A stretch of 64,000 bases of DNA, from the NCBI GenBank assembly GCA_964618725.1, contig CAZUBK010000003.1, positions 10,236 through 74,235 on the forward strand. Reading direction: 5' to 3'. The notes beneath the pieces are model-generated. The model had not been told where the DNA came from. It saw only the letters and a program-made list of their open reading frames with translations, and did no database searches. This document shows positions 19,184 to 29,158 of this stretch, in pieces; positions within the stretch are counted from its first letter, which is position 1, and each line of letters opens with the position of its first letter. The translations under genes were made by a program, and so were the position numbers. The DNA is from an uncultured Pseudomonadales bacterium. Lineage in GTDB: Bacteria; Patescibacteriota; Microgenomatia; UBA1400; Chazhemtobacteraceae.

Positions 19184-19504
19184 TTATATCACCTTCTTGA
19201 TCATCTCTTCATACATCCCCTTGCCGCCAAAGCCTACTTTCCTCTCCACTTCTTTGCCATCCTTAAACATAATTACCGTCGGGATGCTCATCACCCCATA
19301 TTTAGCCGCCGTCGAACCGTTAGCATCAACATCCAGTTTCCCGACTACAATTTTGTCTGAATAACTATCCGCTAGTTCATCAATAATCGGTCCAGCCAGC
19401 CTGCATGGCCCGCACCACTCTGCCCAATAGTCCACCATTACAGGTTTATCTGATTTCAATACCTTCTCTTCGAAATCGTTATCTGTCAAATGTATTGCTG
19501 GCAT
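19184..19504 (-). CDS. trxA: Thioredoxin
   Basis: WAEWCGPCR active site. 106 aa. Adjacent to trxB. Confidence 0.85.
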   Translation of the reverse strand: MPAIHLTDNDFEEKVLKSDKPVMVDYWAEWCGPCRLAGPIIDELADSYSDKIVVGKLDVDANGSTAAKYGVMSIPTVIMFKDGKEVERKVGFGGKGMYEEMIKKVI

Positions 19505-19559
19505 ATTTTTTTAGCAAAATTAGTAAATGAGAAACGTCATTTTCTGCCTTACGAGCATA

Positions 19560-19907
19560 TCATATTTGCCCCCCTCGACGTGTCAGCACAATTTTCGATC
19601 CTTCAATCACCTTTGACCCTCTCTCTGCCCAAACATAAATATAGGTTAAATCATCTAAAGAAAAAGCTCTTGGTCCAGTATTTTTGTTCATCTCACTCAC
19701 AATCCCCGACGTGTCGTAAACCAAAACCAAATATTCACCCGTCACCGAAATCAATATATGAGCACCATTTTCCATCAAACGACACATGGCCACCCCTTCT
19801 ATCTCCTCCGTCCAAAACTTTCTCACCTCACCTTCCACAAACGCCTCTCCATAGATTTCTGATTCATCGCTGTACCAAGTTCCCACTTCGCGAAGTTCTC
19901 CCACCAT
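19560..19907 (-). CDS. Hypothetical protein (115 aa)
   Basis: ORF only. Confidence 0.35.
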   Translation of the reverse strand: MVGELREVGTWYSDESEIYGEAFVEGEVRKFWTEEIEGVAMCRLMENGAHILISVTGEYLVLVYDTSGIVSEMNKNTGPRAFSLDDLTYIYVWAERGSKVIEGSKIVLTRRGGQI

Positions 19908-19971
19908 ATTTTAAGTCTACATTTATGATAAAATATCCTCAACAATAGCACATTCCAAGCAAGGAGATTCC

Positions 19972-20634
19972 ATGTCAGATTCAGATCCTTTTGAGCAGTT
20001 AGGCAAAGACCTTGCTAAATTAAAGCAAGAAGCAGAAGATCGGGCCAAAAAAGCCAATGACTTACGCAGTCAAGCCAATGCTGCCAGGGTGGAGTGCAAT
20101 CAAAAGCTCTTTACTCTCGCCAATAAGTACAATATTGAAGACTCTCTGATCCGCCTCGCAGCAACCATCCAAGCCGCCAAACTACAAAATCGCCTTCCTC
20201 GACTCATTCGTACCATCGATACTGGCGACTCATATCCCATTTGTGACGTTGTCTGGCAGTACGATCAATCATACCCCGAAAATAGCCAACTTGATTTTGG
20301 TCCGTTCAGCTCCTTTCTACACGAAATAAAGACCATTCACTGGATTCTAATCATCCACGATCTCGACCGTAGTTCAACCGGGGGACGTGAGTTCTTCGCC
20401 CTTATGATTACCCTTTCACCTAACAACACCTACCGACTCTATTCCGGCAATCTTCTGTACTGCCGTGACGAGGTACTCCATATTAACGACAGATGGAACA
20501 AATATACAAAGACCGCTGGTCAACGGGTGTCTGCATTTGATCCTCCTGAACTTCTATTAACTTCGGCACAAAACATTAGACACAACTTAAGCACAGTCGC
20601 GCAAGAAGTGATGCATCTCACTGAACTTGTCTGA
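19972..20634 (+). CDS. Hypothetical protein (220 aa)
   Basis: ORF followed by hairpin terminator at 20646..20672. Confidence 0.4.
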   Translation: MSDSDPFEQLGKDLAKLKQEAEDRAKKANDLRSQANAARVECNQKLFTLANKYNIEDSLIRLAATIQAAKLQNRLPRLIRTIDTGDSYPICDVVWQYDQSYPENSQLDFGPFSSFLHEIKTIHWILIIHDLDRSSTGGREFFALMITLSPNNTYRLYSGNLLYCRDEVLHINDRWNKYTKTAGQRVSAFDPPELLLTSAQNIRHNLSTVAQEVMHLTELV

Positions 20635-20645
20635 AATCCTTTCCC

Positions 20646-20672
20646 GGCGGCCATCTCAGCCGCCTTTTTTTA
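20646..20672 (+). terminator. Terminator GGCGGC-CATCTCA-GCCGCC + TTTTTTTAT
   Basis: After 19972..20634. Confidence 0.55.
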
Positions 20673-20675
20673 TAC

Positions 20676-21275
20676 TCATAATCCCAATGCAATCAAAACA
20701 AACAAAATCACATATCCCCACACCACTGTCGTTATCTCCTGCTGAGAAAACTCCCTCTTTATCTGCCAAAACCAGAGCCTAACATCTCTCCCCTTGCCCA
20801 AATAATCTGCCATTAGATCAAAAGTCAGATGAAGTCCAAGTCCCAGCATAAATCCTCTCCCAAACGATCCCGATGACGAGGACATCGCCAAGAATCCTAG
20901 TACCACCCACACTAGGAGGAACAACAAGCTTCTCACTACCAAATGTTGGTGTTCCTCCCGTTCCTGGAGTGCCAAAGCTAGCCCATCTCCAATCTTGCCC
21001 ACCGAGAACAGCTCCTTTATTTTTCTCGACAAAAGCTCATCTGGTTGTTGCCAAAAAGCATAAACCAGTCTGTCTGTAAAAACAAATAGAAAACCGATTA
21101 TCCCTCCTAACCACCACCAAAGAATCAACAAAGACAACTCCCAATAACCCGTCAACAATCTAGAGCCCGTCAATAGCAATAATATCCCAATCAGCCAATA
21201 TTGATGCATTAAGAATTTACTTACCCCATTCCCTTTCCTTAGCAATACCATCCCCTCAGCATAACAAATTCTCAT
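20676..21275 (-). CDS. Hypothetical integral membrane protein (199 aa)
   Basis: Several hydrophobic helices. Confidence 0.4.
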   Translation of the reverse strand: MRICYAEGMVLLRKGNGVSKFLMHQYWLIGILLLLTGSRLLTGYWELSLLILWWWLGGIIGFLFVFTDRLVYAFWQQPDELLSRKIKELFSVGKIGDGLALALQEREEHQHLVVRSLLFLLVWVVLGFLAMSSSSGSFGRGFMLGLGLHLTFDLMADYLGKGRDVRLWFWQIKREFSQQEITTVVWGYVILFVLIALGL

Positions 21276-22216
21276 TATCTCCGCTCCAAGAGTGCAACCA
21301 ATAGCCGAAATACTGCTAATCTCGCTTGAACACAGTTGTAGACATCATTGGGATCTAAACCCGCATCAATAAGTGCCTGCGTCAACCCTGGCCATACCCC
21401 GTCAAGATAGAAATAATGCGGCGGATCATAGACCCAGTTAAGCGAACTAACAAAACCAAATCTATTCGCCATTTTCTGAAAGTCCTGTGTTAAAGAAATC
21501 TCTGCCCACCTATCCTTGTACAAATCCACTGCCAAGCCAGTGATATGTTCACTCCTCCCCACTCCTCCCGCACCAGTCGGATTACTCTCATACCATCTCG
21601 CTTGTTCCTCATGGGATCGAAAACCACTTGCCATGAAAAACTCGACCCCTTCCTCAGCCGCCGCTAACTGCAAAGAAAGTAATGCCGCCGCCGCATCGAT
21701 CGCTAGCGTCTCATCCGCAAATTGCTTGAATCCTACTCGTTTTATCCCAATACTATCCGTCAAAACCATTTCCCACCTTGGCTCGTACTTTCTTGTGTAT
21801 CGTATTCCGCTAAAAATCCAATCGGTTGGAATAGATCGCATCAGTAAAGCCGTACAATCTCCTTCAATTGGCATTACTCCCAAACTTGCTACTACTCCCA
21901 TCACTTTTTCATCTACTTCAATATCCCAAAGTGTTACACCTTCCTCCTTCATCGAGTATATTGAGTCGATAAAACCACCATCATAGAAACTCGTCTCCAC
22001 CTCGGGTGACCTTTGAGTTTCTGTTGGCATCACAGTTGGCGTTTGTGTCAGTGTCACCGTTACCGTTGGAGACGGCGTGACCGTTTCCGTAGGTCGTGCT
22101 GTTGATGTGGGTAAAAGCGTCACTGTCTCAATCTCTCCCTCCTCTCGCTTTGAACAAGCACTGAAAAACCCCGCTGCACCGATCCCCATCAAATACAAAA
22201 ACTCTCTTCTATTCAT
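21275..22216 (-). CDS. Peptidase M15 family D-alanyl-D-alanine carboxypeptidase (VanY-like), Tat/lipoprotein signal
   Basis: MNRREFL...FSAC twin-Arg and lipobox. SGFRSHEEQ ... SEHITGLAVD zinc-ligand motifs typical of M15B/VanY. Confidence 0.65.
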   Translation of the reverse strand: MNRREFLYLMGIGAAGFFSACSKREEGEIETVTLLPTSTARPTETVTPSPTVTVTLTQTPTVMPTETQRSPEVETSFYDGGFIDSIYSMKEEGVTLWDIEVDEKVMGVVASLGVMPIEGDCTALLMRSIPTDWIFSGIRYTRKYEPRWEMVLTDSIGIKRVGFKQFADETLAIDAAAALLSLQLAAAEEGVEFFMASGFRSHEEQARWYESNPTGAGGVGRSEHITGLAVDLYKDRWAEISLTQDFQKMANRFGFVSSLNWVYDPPHYFYLDGVWPGLTQALIDAGLDPNDVYNCVQARLAVFRLLVALLERR

Positions 22217-22222
22217 ATTTGT

Positions 22223-23560
22223 TTACTCACCCCAATAAGGACGAACATCAAAACCGTTTATTTCTCCACCCCCGTACTTTTCTCGATACGCCATAAATCT
22301 TTTCAGACAATCTAGTACCGACTGACTGTCTTCCAATGCAGGCTGCCTATCCGTCAATGTTATCGAGATCCAAAGACGCACCGATGCCGGCTTCTCCATC
22401 GAGTTACCTAAAACAGTCCCTTCAGGTAAATCAGGAATCTCAAGATGTGCTTGAGGAATTAAGTAAAGCCTCTCATTGCTGACATTCTTTATCTTTACAT
22501 CCACTCTCTTACCATTTGCAATTACCGCCGTGTAATCCAGGGTATCCTTATCCTCTCGATTTACATAATACTGATTATCCCCCGAATGGGGTTGACCATT
22601 TACCAACACCCATCCTCCCTTTCTGTATGCCCTATACGCCACCTTCCCCGTAACCGTCGCAAAGCCACAATACCCCCCAAGTCTCACCACATGACGCGAC
22701 GAATCAAATCCCGGCAAACCAAAGTCGGGGTTCTCACTCAGGTGTCCCTCTTCTTGACTGTAATCACCGTTTTGAACTACCTCTGCCAACTTCACCGCCT
22801 CCAAAAAAGAAAACGTCTCTCCCTGGCCAAAGCCAGTCAGAGCACTTTTTCTAAATACGTCAAGCCCAAGTAACATGTTATACACCTTACTGTCATAGAC
22901 CGTCCTCTCAAGTCCACTCCCATAATGCTCCTCAAGTCCTTGATACTTTTCTAAGTCTTTACCCAGAGGCGTGGCCAGCCACTCCAGCTCATTAGAATTG
23001 GGATAAAACCTCGCAACATGGGCCAACCATCTCGAGGGATCTCCCGTCATATTTGGAATGTATCCCTTAAAAACATAATAGGCCTCGCTACTAACCGTCT
23101 CAGGCACAAAATCTGCCTCAATGTTCGTTATATCAAACCGGATATTTGATAGAGGAACTGTCTCTATCGAAAACTCTTTTGCCTCAAACCAAGCCCTTCC
23201 GTTCCACCCATAGCGAATTACTTCGACCAAAGTGTTACGACTAACAAACGACAATCCATCCATTTTTTCTCTTAGGGCCTCAACATTTCTCTCTACCTCT
23301 TCTTCTGATAACGGAGTTCCCGTCTCTGTTGGCCTTAGTGTCGCGGTTAGAGTCTCTGGTGGCACAATCGTCTCCGTTTCTACTGGGACCTGAGTCGCCG
23401 TTGACGCCATTGTCGGCACAAGCTCAGGAGTCGGTATTACGTTAGGCGTCTCTCCCATCCTCGGGATCTCATCCTCTTTCCTTCCACACGCTACCAGGGT
23501 AACCCCACCCATCACCAACCCGATCCGATACAAAGCTTCTCTTCTGTTCATGCAATTCAT
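22223..23560 (-). CDS. Hypothetical secreted lipoprotein (445 aa; probable start at internal MNRREALY)
   Basis: NRREALY...LVAC|G Tat-like signal plus lipobox. No catalytic motif recognised. Confidence 0.45.
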   Translation of the reverse strand: MNCMNRREALYRIGLVMGGVTLVACGRKEDEIPRMGETPNVIPTPELVPTMASTATQVPVETETIVPPETLTATLRPTETGTPLSEEEVERNVEALREKMDGLSFVSRNTLVEVIRYGWNGRAWFEAKEFSIETVPLSNIRFDITNIEADFVPETVSSEAYYVFKGYIPNMTGDPSRWLAHVARFYPNSNELEWLATPLGKDLEKYQGLEEHYGSGLERTVYDSKVYNMLLGLDVFRKSALTGFGQGETFSFLEAVKLAEVVQNGDYSQEEGHLSENPDFGLPGFDSSRHVVRLGGYCGFATVTGKVAYRAYRKGGWVLVNGQPHSGDNQYYVNREDKDTLDYTAVIANGKRVDVKIKNVSNERLYLIPQAHLEIPDLPEGTVLGNSMEKPASVRLWISITLTDRQPALEDSQSVLDCLKRFMAYREKYGGGEINGFDVRPYWGE

Positions 23561-23594
23561 GTAATCAAATTACATAACAAACTACAATCACCCT

Positions 23595-24728
23595 ATGGAA
23601 AGATCTCGTCGCGACTTCTTAAAGCTCCTTAGTCTAAGCATCCCCGCTCTTCTGGCCGCCTGTCAGACAAAAGAAAATCAACCAACACCAACGCCACTCC
23701 CTTATCTTACTCTGTCACCAGAGATTAGACTCCCCACTGCCAGCCACACCCCTCAACCTACAGAGATCACCCCTGAAGCCACTGAACCTCCGGTTATTAC
23801 AGAGGCTACTTCTTCTCCCGAGCAAATACAGATTCATGATTTTTATCTCCAAGCTTTTTCTCAAGAACTTCTTTCTCATCCTCAAGAACACCGACTCCGT
23901 CTTCATCTCATTCCCCTCACTCATCCAGACCTTTTCTTTGACTTTGGTGGCAATGACATCCAGCCCGCTGCCAGCACCATCAAGGCCCCTATTCTCATCT
24001 ATTCTCTACTCAAGCATCCAAATCTTTCCCTTCTTAAAGGTACCGACGCCTATCGCATGATTGTCTATAGCAATAATGGAGCCACGGCTCGAATTCTTGA
24101 CTCCGTTTCCACTTCTCCAGAAACATCCCTCGATGAGTTCAATCTCTTTCTCCACAACGTTCTTCGTTTCCCTAACAATCTTGGTCTCACCCTCTGGGGC
24201 TATCCCCCTGTCAATAAAGCCCGTGCCACCACAGTCATCGGTCTGAAGCCACCTCCATATAACGATCAGACAACAGACGGTTTCGCCAATCCCATTAATC
24301 TTACCGCTCTGAGCCATTTCTATTTCTCCCTCGAAAACCAAGAAGCTCTATATGATCTTATTCTCTCTTCCTATCACCACTTTTCTCCCGACACCTCCCT
24401 CGATACCTACTCGAAGACCTTTCTCGAGAATCTAGGCCAAGCCAAAGTCCTTCTCAGCATCCCCGATTCAGAGTATCAACCCCCTCTAGAGAGAGCCCTC
24501 ATCCGTGCGTCGTCTACTTATCCCAGTCTCAACTATTCATTCTATGGCAAAAATGGCGCCATCAATCCTGATGATTGGCAATTCGGTTATCGCCACGTCA
24601 ATGATGCCGGCGTCCTTACCACAAATAACCAATCCTTCCTCATTGCTTACTCCACCAATACATATGACATTGAAACCTTCATTGACCTCGCCCTAGAGTA
24701 TTGCCTTACTCTCTCCCAAGCTTCCTAA
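23595..24728 (+). CDS. Class A beta-lactamase-like / PBP-like serine hydrolase with Tat signal and lipobox
   Basis: SRRDFLK...LLAAC signal. STIK (SxxK), SNN (SDN-like) and KNG (KTG-like) motifs in class-A order. Confidence 0.5.
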   Translation: MERSRRDFLKLLSLSIPALLAACQTKENQPTPTPLPYLTLSPEIRLPTASHTPQPTEITPEATEPPVITEATSSPEQIQIHDFYLQAFSQELLSHPQEHRLRLHLIPLTHPDLFFDFGGNDIQPAASTIKAPILIYSLLKHPNLSLLKGTDAYRMIVYSNNGATARILDSVSTSPETSLDEFNLFLHNVLRFPNNLGLTLWGYPPVNKARATTVIGLKPPPYNDQTTDGFANPINLTALSHFYFSLENQEALYDLILSSYHHFSPDTSLDTYSKTFLENLGQAKVLLSIPDSEYQPPLERALIRASSTYPSLNYSFYGKNGAINPDDWQFGYRHVNDAGVLTTNNQSFLIAYSTNTYDIETFIDLALEYCLTLSQAS

Positions 24729-24741
24729 ATTACATCCCACA

Positions 24742-24763
24742 TGCTAAAATATAGGTCGAGTTC
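24742..24763 (+). promoter_or_regulatory. Extended -10 promoter TGcTAAAATATAGGTCgagttcc for paralog C
   Basis: Same motif as 7237..7260. Confidence 0.5.
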
Positions 24764-24798
24764 CGAAATCGAGTCCTAAAATAGGAGGCTCTTTAATA

Positions 24799-25869
24799 TT
24801 GATTAAATCACTTACAAGATATCAAGCCACCGCCGTACCCGTCACTTTCCATATCTTCATTCAACTTAAAGCACTCACGAAGCGCCTTTGCTCCGAAGCT
24901 CCCGTTCTACCTCAAGAGTTCGCTCTCAACCACCCCAATGTAGATAAGGCATTCATCTTTAGCTCCAAGGAGTCCGACAACTTCGAAAACTACTCTATCA
25001 CTGTCAACATTAACTCCCTGGACAAACTCCCCGCTCTCGCCTCTCAGCTCGGTCATGCTTGGGTTGGCGAACTTGTCCTTTCAGCTACTCACTATGTCAA
25101 CAATGAAACAAAAGTTGTCTTTCAAACTCGACATCGCAATCACGCCCTATCTTTCCAAGAGTTCGTCTATCATCACTCATCTCCTACTCTAATCGCTGCT
25201 GTCGAGGAAATCACCGTTACTGCAAGCCTAGGCAAACCGCTTTCACTCGACAAGCTCGTTGTCGCCGACCCACTCACCTATACTCACACATTGATAAAAA
25301 AACATTATTCCGACGACTTTGACAAAGTCCGTCGCCAAACTAAGATTGCCCTGTTCCAATTCCAGCGCATCGGTGCTTTCACTCTCTTTGACCACTACCA
25401 AAAACGCTTAAATGCCAAATTGGCCTTCATTCTTGACAACAAAATCTTGGCTACTTCACCTAGAGAGATTCTTGTCCTACCCGTAACTATCAACGACACC
25501 ACCATCGACCAAATCACAAGCTGTGCTACCGATTGGCTAAGAGAAAACAGCTTCTTGAAGCGTCTTCTTGCAATAGAGCCAGTAAATCTTCGTCTCAATC
25601 TTTGGTGCCATCTCCCCGGAATTCGCGATATCTATATTGGTTACACCTACCTTGTTCCCCATCTTTTTGTCCGTCTCGGTTGCTTTGGTGGTGTCGAGAA
25701 GATCTTTCGTACTCGCCATTCCCGCCCCTTTGTCTCAAACTTTGAAACTTACGACTTCGAACCTGACATTACCACAAATCTACCTCGTCTCATCCACACA
25801 ATTACTTCTCTCCTTGATGAAAAAGAAAAAGCTATTTTAGATGCTGTTCTTAGTACGGTAATAAAATAG
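24799..25869 (+). CDS. Hypothetical protein, member C of the 3-copy paralog family (356 aa, TTG start)
   Basis: Homologous to 7281..8387 and 9387..10457 (LPAL..QLG..WVGE.VLSATH, VYHHSSPTLI, KIALFQFQRIGAF). Same promoter motif and same GCCACC..GGTGGC terminator. Confidence 0.55.
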   Translation: MIKSLTRYQATAVPVTFHIFIQLKALTKRLCSEAPVLPQEFALNHPNVDKAFIFSSKESDNFENYSITVNINSLDKLPALASQLGHAWVGELVLSATHYVNNETKVVFQTRHRNHALSFQEFVYHHSSPTLIAAVEEITVTASLGKPLSLDKLVVADPLTYTHTLIKKHYSDDFDKVRRQTKIALFQFQRIGAFTLFDHYQKRLNAKLAFILDNKILATSPREILVLPVTINDTTIDQITSCATDWLRENSFLKRLLAIEPVNLRLNLWCHLPGIRDIYIGYTYLVPHLFVRLGCFGGVEKIFRTRHSRPFVSNFETYDFEPDITTNLPRLIHTITSLLDEKEKAILDAVLSTVIK

Positions 25870-25893
25870 AAGTTTAAGTAGCAACCTTACCCA

Positions 25894-25918
25894 AGCCACC
25901 ATCCGGTGGCTTTTTCTT
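25894..25918 (+). terminator. Terminator AGCCACC-ATCC-GGTGGCT + TTTTCTTAT
   Basis: After paralog C. Same stem family as 8396 and 10462. Confidence 0.55.
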
Positions 25919-26318
25919 ATTGAACCATCTCCAGACCAACCCTTTTGTAGAACTTGTCGAAACTAAAAATCTTGTCTAGTTTGAGACTTTTACAAACCAT
26001 CACGTTAGCACAGTCAACAAAAGATGTCCCTTTTTTAGTTTGTCGCCTAAAAAGATTCCAGATCTCTTCAGTCATTGGCTCATCTACAAAAATTACTCTA
26101 AGATCTGTCTTCTCTGTGTCTATCAAGAATTCCAAAGCTTGACTTTGACCTAACCGACTACTAATTATAGTCACAATCTCTTGTAAAACTAAATTCGTCA
26201 CCACCAACTCATCTTTGTTCCCCACCAATTCTCTCAATTTAAAGCTGGCTTTGTCGTGCAAGGCGTCCCTGGCAAAATATATTGCAAACAAAGCATCTGA
26301 ATCTACTAGGACTTTCAT
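25917..26318 (-). CDS. vapC: PIN-domain toxin VapC
   Basis: MKVLVDSDAL... conserved acidic residues of the PIN fold. Follows an overlapping RHH gene. Confidence 0.7.
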   Translation of the reverse strand: MKVLVDSDALFAIYFARDALHDKASFKLRELVGNKDELVVTNLVLQEIVTIISSRLGQSQALEFLIDTEKTDLRVIFVDEPMTEEIWNLFRRQTKKGTSFVDCANVMVCKSLKLDKIFSFDKFYKRVGLEMVQ

Positions 26319-26569
26319 TCACCTACTTTACTGTAATAATCATTGATCACATCTACAGCATTTGTTTTCCTGCCCCATTTTCCCTTACCAATCAAGGATT
26401 CTAAGGTGTTTTTTTTCTGGTTTTTATCCGCCCTTATCACCTTATCTGCACCTTTTCTAATCAAGTCGGAAACACTTAGCTTTTTCTGTTTAGCCAAATA
26501 CCTAAGATCTATCATCATCTCCTGCGGAATATACACCTGTGTTCTTATCATCATACATACACCATACAT
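26315..26569 (-). CDS. vapB: RHH antitoxin VapB
   Basis: Small RHH-like protein with a 4-bp overlap onto the PIN gene. Confidence 0.6.
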   Translation of the reverse strand: MYGVCMMIRTQVYIPQEMMIDLRYLAKQKKLSVSDLIRKGADKVIRADKNQKKNTLESLIGKGKWGRKTNAVDVINDYYSKVGE

Positions 26570-26590
26570 CTATACATCGCTCTTGTCAAA

Positions 26591-27829
26591 TTATTCCCAC
26601 TTCTGTATTTCCATCTGGGGTAGCTTAAGTTTCCTTGGCGTTACAAACAACAAAACCAATGCCACCACCGCCACTATTCCCCCCATTAGCGCAAAAGTCA
26701 TTCTCTCGCCCGCCAAAGAGGCAATCCCTCCTGCTCCTATCGGTCCCACAATATACGCCAAACTTATCGTCGAGCTCGACAACCCAATCAAATGCTTCCT
26801 CTCTCGCCCCATCCGTGCCACGACGTCACTGTATACTGCATCCGTCAATGGCCCGGCCACGGCAGTCATACAGCTCGCCAAAAATACCACCATCAGTTGC
26901 CACCAGACTGCGTCATTAATTGCCAAGAAACTCAGTCCCACTCCCGCCAACAATAACAGCACTTCAGAAATCCTTTTTTTGTGTTGAAAGATTCCTAGAC
27001 GCGCCATTACAAGACCAATAAACAAAGAGGGGAGCATATATGCCGACAGAAACATCCCTCCCCACCAGTTTTGCTCCGCCAATTTATCGGTCCAGATCGT
27101 CCCCGTCGTCCAAAAAGTTGCATCAATTAATCCCATCATCAAACTAATTAAGATTACCGGCCACACATGCTTAAGCAGCACTAACCAATGTCCTACCTCT
27201 CTCCCCACATTTATCTCCTCTACTTCTACCTTCACTTTTTTGTTCGGCAATCTCATCACTGTCAATGCCGCCATCGCAAGTAGCGTCATCCCTCCCGTCA
27301 CCATCAGTAGCGATCTCTCTCCCCGATTAGCGATTAGCAATCCGGAAAATATCGGACCCAAGAAATATGCCAAGCTTTTAAACGTTCCCATCACTGCCCA
27401 AGCCCCTGATCGGGACCTTAAGGGCACTACTTCTGCCACAAACTGCTGATTGGCAAAACCAAGTAGTTCGTAATACACTCCCCATATCACCATCGCCATC
27501 AAAAATATCCAAAGTATCGGCCACCAAGTCGAACCAAATAGAATTGCCGAAAAGCCAAAGCTACTCAATAACGCTCCCATTACCAACTTCCTCACCGTTG
27601 TCTCCTTTAGTAATTGAGGAAAAATCAAATCCGCTCCTAATCCCACCATCGACGAAAACGCCATTACCAATCCCATGAACAGTGACCCTCCCATTTTCTC
27701 CTGAACAAAACTCGGCACCCAATCACTTAAAATCGCATCCGCCAAAAAGACAAAAAAACCTACTCCCAACATCGCTCCCACCTTCCACCACCAACGATCA
27801 GCTACAAAATTAACAGATAAACGCCTCAT
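26591..27829 (-). CDS. MFS transporter
   Basis: 12 predicted TM helices, 412 aa, MFS-like loop motifs. Confidence 0.65.
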   Translation of the reverse strand: MRRLSVNFVADRWWWKVGAMLGVGFFVFLADAILSDWVPSFVQEKMGGSLFMGLVMAFSSMVGLGADLIFPQLLKETTVRKLVMGALLSSFGFSAILFGSTWWPILWIFLMAMVIWGVYYELLGFANQQFVAEVVPLRSRSGAWAVMGTFKSLAYFLGPIFSGLLIANRGERSLLMVTGGMTLLAMAALTVMRLPNKKVKVEVEEINVGREVGHWLVLLKHVWPVILISLMMGLIDATFWTTGTIWTDKLAEQNWWGGMFLSAYMLPSLFIGLVMARLGIFQHKKRISEVLLLLAGVGLSFLAINDAVWWQLMVVFLASCMTAVAGPLTDAVYSDVVARMGRERKHLIGLSSSTISLAYIVGPIGAGGIASLAGERMTFALMGGIVAVVALVLLFVTPRKLKLPQMEIQKWE

Positions 27830-27854
27830 TTTTCCATCGTATCATTCCCACCCT

Positions 27855-28316
27855 CTAGTCTCCCCTCAATACCTTCAATAAACCATCAAGCTCCCCATCA
27901 GTCACCAGTCCCAACCACATCTCTATTCCTTCCCTGGCCTCCACTTTCACTTTTATCCACTGTAACCCCCTAATTTGCTCATCAATCGTCAACCGATACA
28001 CCTCAATACCTCCGTAGCTCTCTCTCAATACGTATCTCCACACCTCATCATTCGGTAAATTAATACTCATTGCCACCGTTCCCAGTAGTCTTTCTTCTCC
28101 GATAAATAATGCCTTCTCACCTTCTTTCAAGATCTCAATCTCTTCTGGAAAAAATACCATTACTCGTTTCCCTTTATCAGGTAATACTCTCTGCTTCTCC
28201 CATTCTTCCAATATCCTCCGCAGATCTTCCGAAAACCATACCGACAAGTCCTCATCTGAATCGATCGCCTGAATGGCTGATACCTGTTTTAATTTCTCAA
28301 TCATGTTCATAGACAT
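27855..28316 (-). CDS. Hypothetical protein (153 aa)
   Basis: ORF only. Confidence 0.4.
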   Translation of the reverse strand: MSMNMIEKLKQVSAIQAIDSDEDLSVWFSEDLRRILEEWEKQRVLPDKGKRVMVFFPEEIEILKEGEKALFIGEERLLGTVAMSINLPNDEVWRYVLRESYGGIEVYRLTIDEQIRGLQWIKVKVEAREGIEMWLGLVTDGELDGLLKVLRGD

Positions 28317-28318
28317 AT

Positions 28319-28636
28319 TTAATCTTTCTCCCGTTTACTCCATTCTTCTTTTAATTGTTTTAGCTTCCACATAAACAATCGCCCTTTATTGTTTGCCTTT
28401 GTCGCCCCTCTAACAAAAATCCTTGTCTCCTCCAATAGTGCTCTGTCCGTATTCTTCGCCAATCGCATGTATATTGGCGTATGTGCCGTGTCCAATAGCT
28501 CCACTGCCAGTCGATATGCGTAGTCCTGCCATTCCCGACTGATCCGTCTTTGCTTGTCCGTCTCTATTTGATGATCTTTCAATACACTCTTCAAATCTTG
28601 CATTTTACTTAAGAGCTCCTCTTTCTTCAAGCTCAA
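28319..28636 (-). CDS. Hypothetical protein (105 aa)
   Basis: ORF only. Confidence 0.35.
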   Translation of the reverse strand: MSLKKEELLSKMQDLKSVLKDHQIETDKQRRISREWQDYAYRLAVELLDTAHTPIYMRLAKNTDRALLEETRIFVRGATKANNKGRLFMWKLKQLKEEWSKREKD

Positions 28637-29135
28637 TCATCGCTTTTTTCAACACTTTCTCTACTATCTTGACCTCCTTTTCCTCAAATTCACTCAGTAC
28701 ATATTGCTCACCCACTACCCGATACTCAAAACCCGCCCGATTATCTACTCCAACCCTCACCCGCCAGAAATTCTTACTCCCTAGTTTTTCTTCTACTGAG
28801 GTTACCCCGTTATGCATCTTCGGTCCTATTCCCTTTTGAATCTTATATTCTCCCAAAACTATATCCAAATCATCATGAATCACCCACAGGTCATCCTTTT
28901 TTACCTTGTAAAAACCAGCCAATCTAGCCACTGCCTCTCCTGAACGATTCATAAAGGTCAAGGGCTTCACCAACAAGACATCCTCTACCCTCCCTATCTT
29001 TGCCTCAAACTTCTTTTCTTCCTTCATCTCTATTGCCAGCTCAGCCGCCAAAGTATCTATCGCCGTAAACCCAACATTATGTCGCGTCTTAGCGTATTCC
29101 TTTCCTGGATTACCCAGCCCAACAATTAGTTTCAT
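28605..29135 (-). CDS. pth: Peptidyl-tRNA hydrolase
   Basis: MKLIVGLGNPG..Y..TRHNVGF signature. Confidence 0.85.
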   Translation of the reverse strand: MKLIVGLGNPGKEYAKTRHNVGFTAIDTLAAELAIEMKEEKKFEAKIGRVEDVLLVKPLTFMNRSGEAVARLAGFYKVKKDDLWVIHDDLDIVLGEYKIQKGIGPKMHNGVTSVEEKLGSKNFWRVRVGVDNRAGFEYRVVGEQYVLSEFEEKEVKIVEKVLKKAMIELEERGALK

Positions 29136-29158
29136 CAGTTACAATTCTACTCATATCT

